A stretch of 32,000 nt of DNA from Candidatus Jordarchaeales archaeon (GTDB taxonomy: Archaea > Asgardarchaeota > Jordiarchaeia > Jordiarchaeales > Freyrarchaeaceae): the NCBI GenBank assembly GCA_038889235.1, contig JAWAHN010000001.1, forward strand, positions 794,499-826,498, read 5' to 3'. The translations under genes and the position numbers were made by a program. Below, in pieces: positions 17,520 through 27,708 of this stretch (position 1 is its first letter; every line of letters begins with the position of its first letter). The notes beneath the pieces were generated by a model. The model searched no databases. It was given only the letters and a program-made list of their open reading frames with translations, and was not told the origin of the DNA.

Positions 17520-18674
17520 GTGACAATCATGACACTGAGTTTGATAAGAGATGCTATTAAACACTCAAAGGAGATAGCGGTCGAGAAAGAGTACAAGGTT
17601 GGAGAGGCAAGGATAGCGGTTATCGGCACAGGGGGCGCGGGAAACAACACGGTAGACAGATTGATGCACATGGGAATCGTTGGAGCGGAGTGTATAGCTA
17701 TTAACACGGACAAGCAGCACCTTGACAGGGTAAGGGCGCATAAAAAATTGTTAATTGGAAGAAAGATTACTGGAGGAAGAGGGGCGGGGGGCTTCCCCCA
17801 CATAGGAGAAGCTGCTGCTGAAGAGAGCAAAGAAGAAATAGCTGAGCTGCTCCGTGGCGCCGACTTGGTCTTCATAGCGGCCGGGATGGGAGGGGGAACT
17901 GGAACCGGAAGCGCACCTGTTATAGCGGAGATAGCTAAAAAGATGGGAGCTATAGTCGTTGGCGTAGTTACAATGCCTTTCAAGATGGAGAAAGGACGTA
18001 TACAAAAGGCGATTGAAGGGTTAAATAAGCTGAGGTACTTTGCGGACACAGTAGTGGTCATAGACAATAACAGGTTGCTGAACTTAGTTCCTAACCTCCC
18101 CATAGATGAAGCCTTCAGCGTTGCTGACGAAATATTGGCGAACATGGTTAAGGGGATAACGGAGACTATTAGTTTGCCAAGCTTGGTCAACCTGGACTAT
18201 GCAGATGTACAAAGTGTACTCAGAAACGGTGGAGTAGCTATGGTTGGGATAGGGGAAGGAGAAGGAGAAAATAGAGTGGAAAAAGCTGTTAAGAGCGCGT
18301 TGGATTCGCCGCTTCTCGACGTTGACATAACGGGTGCAAGTGGAGCATTGATACACGTTACTGGCGGACCAGACATGACTTTAACGGAGGCGACGAGAGC
18401 AGGAGAGTTAATAACTGAGAAAATGGTTGACGATGCACTTGTAATATGGGGAGCACGTGTTGACCCAAGCCTGATGGGAACAATAAGGATAATATTGATT
18501 CTTACGGGTGTTAGTAGTCCACAGCTCTTGGGACCAGCAGAGTACGAAAAAACAGGGCTAGACATCTTGAAACCACTTCCACTAGACGGGAGAAACGAGT
18601 TACTATTCGAAGCAAGCCAGTTTCCTTTGAAGAAAGATGAAGACTTAGATGACTTGGGAATACCAAGACTTTGA
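17520..18674 (+). CDS. ftsZ: Cell division GTPase FtsZ
   Basis: GTGGAGNN, INTD, GMGGGTGTG signature, NLDYADV. Start GTG 17520 or ATG 17529. Confidence 0.97.
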   Translation: MTIMTLSLIRDAIKHSKEIAVEKEYKVGEARIAVIGTGGAGNNTVDRLMHMGIVGAECIAINTDKQHLDRVRAHKKLLIGRKITGGRGAGGFPHIGEAAAEESKEEIAELLRGADLVFIAAGMGGGTGTGSAPVIAEIAKKMGAIVVGVVTMPFKMEKGRIQKAIEGLNKLRYFADTVVVIDNNRLLNLVPNLPIDEAFSVADEILANMVKGITETISLPSLVNLDYADVQSVLRNGGVAMVGIGEGEGENRVEKAVKSALDSPLLDVDITGASGALIHVTGGPDMTLTEATRAGELITEKMVDDALVIWGARVDPSLMGTIRIILILTGVSSPQLLGPAEYEKTGLDILKPLPLDGRNELLFEASQFPLKKDEDLDDLGIPRL

Positions 18675-18734
18675 AGTTCCCTCATAACTTATTTTTTGTT
18701 AAATTAGTAAATTAAAAATAAGTTTAAGTTAAAA

Positions 18735-19505
18735 TCAAAAAATTAGAGCTTTCTCGGCTATTTTTTTGACGGCAATGTAAGCTGGTGAATCGTCTGGAAG
18801 TTTTAGAAGAGGTATCCCTTTTAGGTTGAATTCTGCTAATTTTTCATCAACCGGAATGCTGCCAATGTAGTCTAGTCCGAGCTTTTTCGAATACTCTATG
18901 ATGGTTTCTTCTACATCCTTTGAGACCTTATTGACTACTAGAAAAATTTTCTTGAAGTCCCTGTGTAAGGTTTTAGCCAGCTCTTTTATCCTTAAAGCGG
19001 TCTGCAGACCCATTTTTGAAGGGTCAGATATAAGGAACATTATGTCGACATTGGCACTTGTGCGTCTGCTGACGTGTTCAAGACCTGCCGGCAAATCCAT
19101 TAGAACTAGGGTATAGTTCTTCGTCAGGGTATCCATAATTTTCATGAGAAGGTTGTTTACGAGACAATAGCATCCTTCTCGTTCCGGCGCCCCCATCACT
19201 AGTAAATCGAACTTGTCCCCTTCATACAGCACATCGAAGACTCTGTATTCTAGGTATTCAGCTTTCCCGAAGTTTGGTGGAAGCTTGTCCATTTTTTCTT
19301 TAAGCTCATTCACTATTAGCCCTATATTTGAATTCACATCTATCCCTAGAACGTCCGGCATGTTGGAGTCAGGGTCAGCGTCCACCACTAAGATGCCATG
19401 TCGTGCATCTTTTTCTATAATTGCTTTCAGAAGCAGCGCCAAAAAACTTGTTTTGCCTACTCCACCTTTGCCTGAAACACCTATGATTTTCGTCTCTTGT
19501 TTCAT
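18735..19505 (-). CDS. cooC: CooC/AcsF-type nickel-insertion ATPase
   Basis: Deviant Walker A GKGGVGKT, DADP, GCYC metal motif, DLPAGLEHVSR. Confidence 0.85.
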   Translation of the reverse strand: MKQETKIIGVSGKGGVGKTSFLALLLKAIIEKDARHGILVVDADPDSNMPDVLGIDVNSNIGLIVNELKEKMDKLPPNFGKAEYLEYRVFDVLYEGDKFDLLVMGAPEREGCYCLVNNLLMKIMDTLTKNYTLVLMDLPAGLEHVSRRTSANVDIMFLISDPSKMGLQTALRIKELAKTLHRDFKKIFLVVNKVSKDVEETIIEYSKKLGLDYIGSIPVDEKLAEFNLKGIPLLKLPDDSPAYIAVKKIAEKALIF

Positions 19506-19549
19506 GTAAAGGGCACCCCGTAGTCTTCAACTTTTGTTTTAAGAAGATT

Positions 19550-20353
19550 CTAAAATAAACTTTGCTTGACGGGCTTGTAGATCCACTTCAGGTTTTTCAC
19601 TCCCTTGATGATCTCACCGCTTCCCGTGATGTTGATCAGAAGCGCATCCGTGTTTTGTGCAAGCCACTCGAGAAGAAGTTTAGCGTACTTAAGTTTCTTC
19701 CTCTTTAAAGGAGAAGCGCAGATATCGGTTTTATATTCCGGTTTAGAAAAACGACTAACCTTGTCGCCGAAGTCGAAACCGGCAAGAAGAATAGTGTGAG
19801 AGCCCATTGCTTCCGAGATAAAAGCTGCCCTATCGCCGTCGGTGAAACCGAAAAAGTTTCGAACACAGCCTATCGGTTTAACTTGAGTTGTTCCAATAAC
19901 AGGGCCTTCAAAGTCTTTAACATTTTCTAACAGGTGGATATTGTCTCCGTGTGCATGCACAGCCACCACAGAACCTTTAGATGATGCATAAAGTATGTCT
20001 TTGAGCCTCCCATCTAAGTCTGTGACAATTAGATCCGGAAGAATACCCTCGTTCAAAAGAGCCGTTGTAGCGCCATCGGCAGCCACGTTCAGGCAAACCT
20101 TTTCAAGACCCACCCTCTTAATTTCTCTTATGTTCCTTTCCAGCGACGGACCGCAACCATACACTATAACGCACCTATTGCTGAGGGCGCTTGCAAGCAT
20201 GTTTAAAGCACTTTCAACATCTCTCCCTTCAAGTAGAGATGCAAGTTTTTCCGTTGCTTCCCTGTCTTTCTCTGCACTAAAGTTGAAGTCTTTAACAATC
20301 TTTAAGTACCATTTCTCCCAATCTTCGTATGTAACTCTAAGCGTAGCTTTCAT
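19550..20353 (-). CDS. mptE: 6-hydroxymethyl-7,8-dihydropterin pyrophosphokinase (DUF115)
   Basis: GCGPSL, AADGA, IVTDLDG, VHAHGDN, GFTDGDRA, GFDFG. Confidence 0.88.
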   Translation of the reverse strand: MKATLRVTYEDWEKWYLKIVKDFNFSAEKDREATEKLASLLEGRDVESALNMLASALSNRCVIVYGCGPSLERNIREIKRVGLEKVCLNVAADGATTALLNEGILPDLIVTDLDGRLKDILYASSKGSVVAVHAHGDNIHLLENVKDFEGPVIGTTQVKPIGCVRNFFGFTDGDRAAFISEAMGSHTILLAGFDFGDKVSRFSKPEYKTDICASPLKRKKLKYAKLLLEWLAQNTDALLINITGSGEIIKGVKNLKWIYKPVKQSLF

Positions 20354-21729
20354 CCCCTTTCAAAAATTCTCAGTACTTCATCTAATTTCGGCATGCTTTC
20401 TTTCAAGTTTGCTTTTTGAGCTGCAGCAACACTTGTTGCGATGCCGAAACGGGCACTTTCAGCCAATCCGTTTCCATCAAGTATGGATTTTATAAAACCT
20501 GCTAAGAAAGCGTCTTTGGCCCTTTTCCCATCTAAAACATCTGCGTTAATCCCTTCTACGTCTATCTTTCCTTTTTCAATGTAAATTGTGCAACCTTTCT
20601 TTATTCCTTTAAAGACAACCACGCATCGTAATCCTTGTTCGAAAAGACGCGAAATTTCGCCTGCATCTTTTGACAGTATATTCCAGCCCTTTTCTCCTAA
20701 GACTAAGAAGTCAGTGTTCCTTAGCATTCCTTCAACGTTTTTGAAGCCGCTTTCGAGAAGAAACGTCGCGGGTCTGTAGAAAACTTTCACTCCGCTCGCC
20801 TTAGCATAGCTGGCAAGCAACTCACCTATTTCCTTAAACACTTCGCAGATGCAAATAGCCTTAGAGTTTTTTATCAGGTCCCAGTTCACTTCTCTAGGGT
20901 CCGAAAGTGACAAAGCAGTCTTCGCAGTTGCCGTAACATAAATCCTTTTCTGTCCTTTCTCGAAAATTGTTAAAGTCATTGGGGTGTATAGTTTATGGTC
21001 AATCACGAGGTTCGACGTGTCAACCCCCTCATTTAATAGGTGGCTTATTATCTGCCATCCCAACATATCGCCGCCGATTTTCCCCGCAAAACTTACTTTC
21101 ACATTAAGTCTTGAAAGGGCTATGGCAACATTTCCACCAGAACCACCCATGGTTTCTTGAAAGTCGTAGAGGAGGTTAAGAGTAGAAGAGGTCTGCTCAC
21201 TATAAAGGAGGTAGTCCACTGATGCGACGCCGTAGACCACAACTTCTGGCTTAAATGAAGCCTTTTGAAATTTAGCTAGACTGGTTGCAACGGCTACAGA
21301 GAAAGCCTCTTTGAGTCTTTCAACACCCATACCTTTTTTGAGACAAAGCTCTGCTATGTTGTTCAGGTAGGATTTGAGTAATTCTTCTAAGACTTTCTCT
21401 AAATCTGTCGATGGAAGACGCCTTTTAAACATCAGAAGAAGCCAGCGACCAACGTTGGTGGGTTTATACCATATGACGTATTTTCCTTCTTCAAGCTTGT
21501 ATTCTTTTTCTAAAACGCCTAGTCGAACCAAATTCTTCAAATGAGAGATGACGGTCTTATTGGAGTGCCTTAGCTGTCTTATTATGTCCTTCTGCGTCTG
21601 GACGCCGCGGTCAATTTTTTCCAGTATTTCAAGGGATATGGGTGACCCGAATACCTCCAGTAGGAAAGTTTTTAATTCGTAAGGGTTCGCGGGAAGGAAT
21701 AGGAGGTATGGCCAGTTCTCACCCATCAC
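20350..21729 (-). CDS. Winged-helix plus PfkB/ribokinase-like fusion protein
   Basis: N-terminal wHTH (QKDIIRQL...SHLKNLVRLGVL); PfkB motif GGSGGNVAIALSRL...GKIGGD; C-terminal DGKRAKDAFLAGF. Confidence 0.82.
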   Translation of the reverse strand: MMGENWPYLLFLPANPYELKTFLLEVFGSPISLEILEKIDRGVQTQKDIIRQLRHSNKTVISHLKNLVRLGVLEKEYKLEEGKYVIWYKPTNVGRWLLLMFKRRLPSTDLEKVLEELLKSYLNNIAELCLKKGMGVERLKEAFSVAVATSLAKFQKASFKPEVVVYGVASVDYLLYSEQTSSTLNLLYDFQETMGGSGGNVAIALSRLNVKVSFAGKIGGDMLGWQIISHLLNEGVDTSNLVIDHKLYTPMTLTIFEKGQKRIYVTATAKTALSLSDPREVNWDLIKNSKAICICEVFKEIGELLASYAKASGVKVFYRPATFLLESGFKNVEGMLRNTDFLVLGEKGWNILSKDAGEISRLFEQGLRCVVVFKGIKKGCTIYIEKGKIDVEGINADVLDGKRAKDAFLAGFIKSILDGNGLAESARFGIATSVAAAQKANLKESMPKLDEVLRIFERG

Positions 21730-22117
21730 TAGGATCCTCCTCGATTCTTTCTATAAACATGAGGGGATATTTAAGCTCTGGAACATACTTCATTCCTGCG
21801 GAAACCTTTGTTCGCCCATATTTTACTACTAACCTGACTGATAGATTTTTACCGTCGAGTTCAGTGTAGCCGTATTTGTTTAATTCATCATCCTGCGGCA
21901 GTTTAATTTCAACGTGTACGGATTCAACGTAAGGTTGGCAGGAAACGGCTGTCTCTATTGCCCTTTCTATTGCCGAAATATTGTTCCTTGATAAAGGAAC
22001 ACCTGTGAATTGATGATAAATTGCCCCTAGTTTTATTCCTGCTTCGAAAACAGCTCTATCCCTGTCTGAAACGTTGCTCCCAAAAAAGCGCTTAACAGTA
22101 TCTTCCACGTTTTCCAC
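21719..22117 (-). CDS. mptD: Archaeal dihydroneopterin aldolase (DUF381)
   Basis: DRDRAVFEAGIKLGAIYHQFTGVP...QPYV...YGYTEL...LKYPLM. Confidence 0.88.
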   Translation of the reverse strand: MENVEDTVKRFFGSNVSDRDRAVFEAGIKLGAIYHQFTGVPLSRNNISAIERAIETAVSCQPYVESVHVEIKLPQDDELNKYGYTELDGKNLSVRLVVKYGRTKVSAGMKYVPELKYPLMFIERIEEDPSDG

Positions 22118-22255
22118 GGGTCTACTAACCCCCCTACGCTTTCCAGTTTAGTACATCGAATTCATCGTGTAAAATGACGCGTCTGGAAAACATTTAAAGA
22201 CGACATTTAAAGAAAGTTTCTCGAAAAGAGTGCAACATGAGAGGGTTTTCTAGTA

Positions 22256-23632
22256 ATGAGTGATCTTGAAGGATTAGTAAAAAGGCTTATCGCAAAGGGT
22301 TGGGCACGCGAACAAATTTTGGCGCAGCTTTTACAGGAGATAATGTTTTTCAAAGACATTTCAAGGGATGAGGCGGCCGCTTTTGCAGAAGCGGTTATTT
22401 CAGAGGTTGAAACTTCAATGAAAGCGATGAATGACGAGCGCGTCAGCTGGATACTTAAGCATCAGAAGGCAGGAGCTACAATGCATGACTTGGGAGTAGG
22501 GTGCAGAGGTGAAGGAGACTTCTTCGTGCACAGGCTCCTCTCTGAGATAGCAGAGATTGGAACCCCGCTTTTGCTCGGACCGAGGGCACAGGATGACGCT
22601 GGAGCAGTCGAGTACAACGGCGGCGTCATAGTAGTGGCAGTTGATGGAACGCATTCGCGCTTAACCGAGTTTCCTTTCATAGCAGGATTTCATGTGGCAA
22701 GAGCAGCCCTCAGAGACGTCTATGTTAAGGGGGCGAGGCCTGTAGCGATGTTTGTTGACCTTCACCTAGCGGATGACGGCGATGTGAGTGTGCTCTTCGA
22801 TTTTATGGGGGGAGTTAGGGCGGTTTCCGAGCTTTCAAGAGTGCCAATAGTCGCTGGTTCCACGCTTAGAGTTGGAGGGGACATGGTTATTGGAACGCGC
22901 TTCGTTTCGTGCGTCGGAGCAGTTGGAGTGGCGAAGAGCAAGGAATTCATGGCAGCAAGGAGTAAGATAAAACCTGGAGACGACATAGTAATGACGGAAG
23001 GAGCTGGAGGAGGAACCATAGCAACAACCGCGATATATGGGGGAATGCCGGAGGTTGTTTTGGAAACACTTAATGTTCAATTTATTGAGGCTTGCGAGGC
23101 TTTACTGAAAGAGGGGTTGTTTGACAAGATACACGCGGCAACCGACTGGACAAATGGTGGACTTAGGGGGGACTGTAACGAAATATGTAAGATTGCTGGA
23201 GTCGGAATGGTAATATACGAGGACAAAGTTAAGGCTCTTTTAAATAAGAAAGTGTTAGACATGCTTGAAAAATTTTCAATAGATTATCTAGGGGTCTCCA
23301 TGGATGCGCTTCTAGTTTTTACGCCTCCGGAAAACACAGACGAAGTTCTTCGCACTTTAAGGAGAGCAGGTGTCAAGAGTGACGTCATAGGACGCGTTAT
23401 TGATGAACCCAAAATGCCAATTCTAGTGAGGAATGGAGAAAAAGTACCGTTCAACGTCCTTTACAGAGAGGCAGCATACACTAAAGTGAAGAAAATTGTC
23501 GGGGAACAAGCTCCCGCTGAGAAAGAGAAACTTATGGAAGTAGCTGAGAAAGCTGCACAGAGATCCATTGAGAAAGCCAACAACGTAGTGAGATTTGTAC
23601 TCGAAAGAAGGAACACGAGACAAATAACTTAA
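22256..23632 (+). CDS. AIR synthase-related protein (PurM/HypE/SelD fold, MJ0640-like)
   Basis: [47 protein letters not shown]. Confidence 0.82.
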   Translation: MSDLEGLVKRLIAKGWAREQILAQLLQEIMFFKDISRDEAAAFAEAVISEVETSMKAMNDERVSWILKHQKAGATMHDLGVGCRGEGDFFVHRLLSEIAEIGTPLLLGPRAQDDAGAVEYNGGVIVVAVDGTHSRLTEFPFIAGFHVARAALRDVYVKGARPVAMFVDLHLADDGDVSVLFDFMGGVRAVSELSRVPIVAGSTLRVGGDMVIGTRFVSCVGAVGVAKSKEFMAARSKIKPGDDIVMTEGAGGGTIATTAIYGGMPEVVLETLNVQFIEACEALLKEGLFDKIHAATDWTNGGLRGDCNEICKIAGVGMVIYEDKVKALLNKKVLDMLEKFSIDYLGVSMDALLVFTPPENTDEVLRTLRRAGVKSDVIGRVIDEPKMPILVRNGEKVPFNVLYREAAYTKVKKIVGEQAPAEKEKLMEVAEKAAQRSIEKANNVVRFVLERRNTRQIT

Positions 23633-24573
23633 CCGTCTACTACTCCGTCCTCAGTTATGAGGAATACTGTTTCCTGTTCTGGTAGGAAGGGGCTATCAAC
23701 GACTCTCGCTATTCGTTGGTTGCCTTTTCCTTTTCTTAAGTATATTCTGGTTGTACAGTTGTGGGCGACTATATGGCCACCGACTGGCTGTGTAGGATCA
23801 CCGAAGAATGCGTCTGGCTTAGCCATCACTTGGTTTGTTACCACAACTGCTAGGTTATATAGCTCAGCGAGCCTAAGTAGCGTGTGAAGATGTTTGTTAA
23901 GTTTTTGCTGCCGCTCAGCAAGCAAGCCTCGCCCAATATACTCAGAGCGGAAGTGGCCGACAATGCTGTCAACTACAATTAATTTAATGTTTTTTCCTTC
24001 GTTTATGAGGTCTTCGACGCTTTGAGCGAGGTAAAGCTGATGGTCAGAGTTGTATGCCCTAGCGTAAATGACTCTTTGAAGCACCTTCTTCTGATCTAGA
24101 TTAAACCTCTTTGCTATTTGGAGAAGGCGCTCCGGTCTGAAGGTTCCCTCTGTGTCGATATATACTGCTTCCCCATCCAGTCCTCCAGACTCAACCGGGA
24201 GCTGGACAGTGACAGATAATTGGTGGCATATTTGCGTTTTTCCAGTACGGAACTCTCCGAAAAGCTCAGTTATCCCTCTTGTTTCAATACCACCACCGAG
24301 AAGCTCATCTAGATTCTTACAACCAGTCGTGATTTGAGAAATCTTTTTCCTTTGCTCGAGAAATTCTTCAGCAGAGATGAAACCTATATTGACAAGTTCT
24401 CTTGCAGCTTCTATTATTTTAGCAGCAGTGCTCTCACCTATCTCTGCGGCTATCGCTATTTCTTTAGGTGTAGCGACAGCTACGGCTTCAGGAGTTCTAT
24501 ACCCAGCCTCGTAGAGTTTTTTAGCAATAGCTGGCCCAACCCCTGGGATTTCTTCCAGTGAGTCAAACGACAC
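23629..24573 (-). CDS. radA: DNA recombinase RadA
   Basis: N-terminal Hh[33 protein letters not shown]; no intein. Confidence 0.98.
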   Translation of the reverse strand: MSFDSLEEIPGVGPAIAKKLYEAGYRTPEAVAVATPKEIAIAAEIGESTAAKIIEAARELVNIGFISAEEFLEQRKKISQITTGCKNLDELLGGGIETRGITELFGEFRTGKTQICHQLSVTVQLPVESGGLDGEAVYIDTEGTFRPERLLQIAKRFNLDQKKVLQRVIYARAYNSDHQLYLAQSVEDLINEGKNIKLIVVDSIVGHFRSEYIGRGLLAERQQKLNKHLHTLLRLAELYNLAVVVTNQVMAKPDAFFGDPTQPVGGHIVAHNCTTRIYLRKGKGNQRIARVVDSPFLPEQETVFLITEDGVVDG

Positions 24574-24671
24574 AGAGGCACACCTCCAGATTTCAAGGAA
24601 TATATAGAGTTTCGAGGCCCTTAAATTTTTAATCGTCAGTATCGATAAAGAGCTCAGAGGGGTGTGCCTGT

Positions 24672-25334
24672 GTGGAACTAAGATTAAGTAAATTGGGATT
24701 TGAACCGAAATGCGTGTATGAAGTCATCGTTACAACACTTAACGAGGATAAAACGCTCAACGCAGCTCCAATGGGCGTCTTATTGGGGGGAGACGATATC
24801 CTAATAATGCAACCGTATATCGCCACAAGAACCTACCACAACATATCTAGGACGAGAGAGGCTGTAGTGAATATAACAGACGACATCACACTCTTCTTCA
24901 CGACAATTTTCGAGAAAGAAAAAGTAAGAGAGTTGCCTGTCTTGAAAGCAAAACACGTTTCAGTACCTATTCTAGCTGATTCCAAAGCTTATGTAGAATG
25001 TATGGTTGAAGGGGAACCTGTAGTGTATGATGGAAGAGCAAAGGTAACTTTGAGGGCGCTCGAGTGCGGACTCTTGAGCCAAAATTCTAGGCCCATTTGT
25101 AGGGCGTTCAACGTGATTTTAGAGTCGATAATACATTTTACGCGGGTAAAGTACTTAGTTGAAAAAGGTGACATAAACGGGGTGATGAAACTGTTGGAGC
25201 TGATAACATTTTACAAAGACCTTGTAAAAAGAGTATGTGGTGGAACGCGGTACGAAGAAATGATGAATAGAATTTATGAGGAAGCGTACATGAGTGCAAA
25301 AGGAATTAAGGGAACCTTGAGTATGTTTCCCTAG
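24672..25334 (+). CDS. DUF447-family protein (split-barrel)
   Basis: EVIVTT...NAAPMGV...TYHNI...VVNITDD...ESIIHFTR pattern. Confidence 0.75.
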   Translation: MELRLSKLGFEPKCVYEVIVTTLNEDKTLNAAPMGVLLGGDDILIMQPYIATRTYHNISRTREAVVNITDDITLFFTTIFEKEKVRELPVLKAKHVSVPILADSKAYVECMVEGEPVVYDGRAKVTLRALECGLLSQNSRPICRAFNVILESIIHFTRVKYLVEKGDINGVMKLLELITFYKDLVKRVCGGTRYEEMMNRIYEEAYMSAKGIKGTLSMFP

Positions 25335-25379
25335 GAAAATACGACTTTAGAGATAAAGTAAAGCAGAGGAGGGCAAGTT

Positions 25380-25952
25380 ATGTCGCTTGACGAAAAGACC
25401 GCAAAGAGGCTTATCCGGGTACTCCAACAAGTAGAGGATACCACCAAACTTGAGGGAGTTGCAATAGTAAATAGAGATGGGTTAAGAGTCGCTTGCGCGG
25501 AGTCGGCTAAAGTCGATGTCGACACCATTTCAACGGCTTCAGCGGCAATAATAAACACTAGTGAGACGACCGCCGCGCAGCTGGGGCATGGAAACGTTTC
25601 TGAGGTAATAATAAAGGGTGATTCAGGATACCTAATTATAACGAGAGTTGATGACCAACATTTCATGGTTGCATCAAGCAGAGACATTATGAGATTAGGG
25701 TTAAATCTCGGAATTCTTAAGAGGTACGCGCGATCTATAGCAGAACTTCTCGCACAATCAAAGGCTAAAGTAGCAGTACCACAAACGATAATAACACAAC
25801 CGATTTTGCCTCCTCCAGCAGTTAGTAGAGAAGAAACTGTCAGTGACAAGGAGGCGATCTTTGAAGCTCTAAGAGCTTTAGGGCTCGAAGACGCAGTTAC
25901 CGAAGTGCAAGTTCAAAGCAGGAAAGGAGAAGAAAGAACAGAGAGAATATGA
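25380..25952 (+). CDS. Roadblock/LC7-domain protein with C-terminal extension
   Basis: GVAIVNRDGL...IIKGDSGYLII...LGL Roadblock pattern, followed by about 70 aa of tail including PILPPPA. Confidence 0.8.
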   Translation: MSLDEKTAKRLIRVLQQVEDTTKLEGVAIVNRDGLRVACAESAKVDVDTISTASAAIINTSETTAAQLGHGNVSEVIIKGDSGYLIITRVDDQHFMVASSRDIMRLGLNLGILKRYARSIAELLAQSKAKVAVPQTIITQPILPPPAVSREETVSDKEAIFEALRALGLEDAVTEVQVQSRKGEERTERI

Positions 25953-26035
25953 AGAAGACAGGTTTTCAGCGAGAAGTTGGGCAGCCGGCTTTCCTTAGAG
26001 GTGACTGCTTCGCTTCGTTGCATTTTAGCTCTTAA

Positions 26036-27055
26036 CTAGAGGAAAGTTGCAACTTTAGCTATGAAACAGAGTACAAGGAACAATGACAGCGCCTTTATGG
26101 ATAGCCATATGCGTTCTCCGCTTGGCTTCATAAGAGTCCACATGAAAACAAGCAGAAATGAAAGGAAGCCGACTGCGAAGTGGATGTTCGATTTTAACGC
26201 GTCAAGCAGAGGGATACCACTCATCAAATAGAGAATCATTCCAAGTGACAGACAACGCCTTTTACCTAATGCCACTGCTAATGTTCTTACTCCTGAGAGC
26301 TTATCTGCTTCATAGTCCAAGGTGGCGGTTAATGTGTAAAACGCAGCCCCCAGAAGCGTTGAGCCCAAAAAGTAGTTTAACGGAAATGTCTTTCCAAGAA
26401 TATATACCAGCGATAAGATAGAGCCGAAATAAGTCTTGAGGGAGTGCATTAAAACGTGCACTAGTGAAAGAGTAACTGAGGATAAGGATAAACCTTCGGG
26501 AGAGCTTGTGTAAACCACGTAACCTGCAACAAATGGTAAAACCGCTAAGCCTATAGTATTCCAGGTGAGGTCCAAAGGAGGTTTACTTTTAAATCTAGGC
26601 TTGTACGAATAAGTTAGAGAGAAGAAATGCCCTAACATAATTATCGCTGCAAAGATGCAGGAGACTATGAGGCCTACCAAAATGCTCACAAATGATGAAA
26701 GCAAGCTTATCCAAGCTATGTTTCTCGGTGAAATACTCCCCTCAACTATCGGGTTAACATAATCTTTCTGGTAGAAGGCGTGTTTGTCACTTTCCTGAGC
26801 GTCGGCGTAACTGTTTACATTACATCCAGAAATGGAGGCGAGAAAAATTGCAAGGTATGCTGTAAGGAAAGAGGGACTTAAGGTAAAAGTAGAAACAAGG
26901 AATTTCACTAATTGCTGGAAAAAGGAAAAAGAGCTAAAAGAAAGGAGTACTGGTGAAGCAAACGTACTCAAACTGCCAACCAGAAAGTAAGACAGAGGAA
27001 TTAACGTGAATAAGGGTCTTGTCAAGTTGTAAATTAACCTCAGCAGACGAGGCAA
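26036..27055 (-). CDS. UbiA-family prenyltransferase
   Basis: Multiple TM helices, NSYADAQESD, DYEADKLSGVRTLA. Probable TTG start at 27055 after GAGGTG (ORF track starts at 27085). Confidence 0.85.
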   Translation of the reverse strand: MPRLLRLIYNLTRPLFTLIPLSYFLVGSLSTFASPVLLSFSSFSFFQQLVKFLVSTFTLSPSFLTAYLAIFLASISGCNVNSYADAQESDKHAFYQKDYVNPIVEGSISPRNIAWISLLSSFVSILVGLIVSCIFAAIIMLGHFFSLTYSYKPRFKSKPPLDLTWNTIGLAVLPFVAGYVVYTSSPEGLSLSSVTLSLVHVLMHSLKTYFGSILSLVYILGKTFPLNYFLGSTLLGAAFYTLTATLDYEADKLSGVRTLAVALGKRRCLSLGMILYLMSGIPLLDALKSNIHFAVGFLSFLLVFMWTLMKPSGERIWLSIKALSLFLVLCFIAKVATFL

Positions 27056-27150
27056 CGTCCCACCTCTTGAATCCCCGCCACACATCAGTAAAGATAATTT
27101 AAATAAGCAATTCGTGAAGCATCAAAATAAAATTAGCGATAATGACTGAA

Positions 27151-27164
27151 GAAAAGTTTTTATA
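27151..27164 (+). promoter_or_regulatory. BRE-TATA promoter of the L22-S8 ribosomal operon
   Basis: GAAAAG-TTTTTATA, about 60 nt upstream of the rpl22 ATG in a divergent intergenic region. Confidence 0.6.
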
Positions 27165-27223
27165 CGTCGCTGATTTTGAATACCACAACATTTAGTTACG
27201 CTTAACTTATGAGGGAACTTATC

Positions 27224-27694
27224 ATGCCCAGATTTGGATACTCGATTTACGGGCTTGACCCAGCACTGACTGCAAAGGCAAGCGGGCGTGACTTGAGAAT
27301 CTCGCCTAAAGCAGCCCGTGAAATATGTAACACGATTAAAGGTATGATGTTATATGAAGCAAAAAAGCTCTTAGAGGATGTTATACACCTTAGGAGACCG
27401 ATACCTTTCAGGAGGCATAAGGGCAAGCAAGCACATAAACGTGGACTCCAGGGCTGGCATTCAGGCAGGTACCCTGTTAAGGCGGCACGAGAAATAATGA
27501 AGATTCTAGATAATGTTGAAACAAATGCCGAACAGAAAGGGTTAGATGTTGATAACTTGAGAATAATACACGCCGCGGCACATAAAGGACCTGTTATGAA
27601 GCGTTATATCCCCCGTGCTTTTGGTAGAGCTACACCTAAGTTTAGAAGGCTCACTCATGTTGAAATAGTTGTTAAAGAGGAGAGAAGCGAGTGA
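27224..27694 (+). CDS. rpl22: 50S ribosomal protein L22 (uL22)
   Basis: ISPKAAREIC, GRYPVKAA, PRAFGRAT; GAGGGA RBS before ATG 27224. Confidence 0.97.
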   Translation: MPRFGYSIYGLDPALTAKASGRDLRISPKAAREICNTIKGMMLYEAKKLLEDVIHLRRPIPFRRHKGKQAHKRGLQGWHSGRYPVKAAREIMKILDNVETNAEQKGLDVDNLRIIHAAAHKGPVMKRYIPRAFGRATPKFRRLTHVEIVVKEERSE

Positions 27695-27708
27695 TTGGAG
27701 GGGCTGCT

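Noticed and set aside
23629-24573. Possible intein or intron in radA (also checked fen, ftsZ and ribosomal proteins)
   Set aside because: Translations are continuous, of normal length, with intact motifs. Short in-frame introns cannot be fully excluded by eye.
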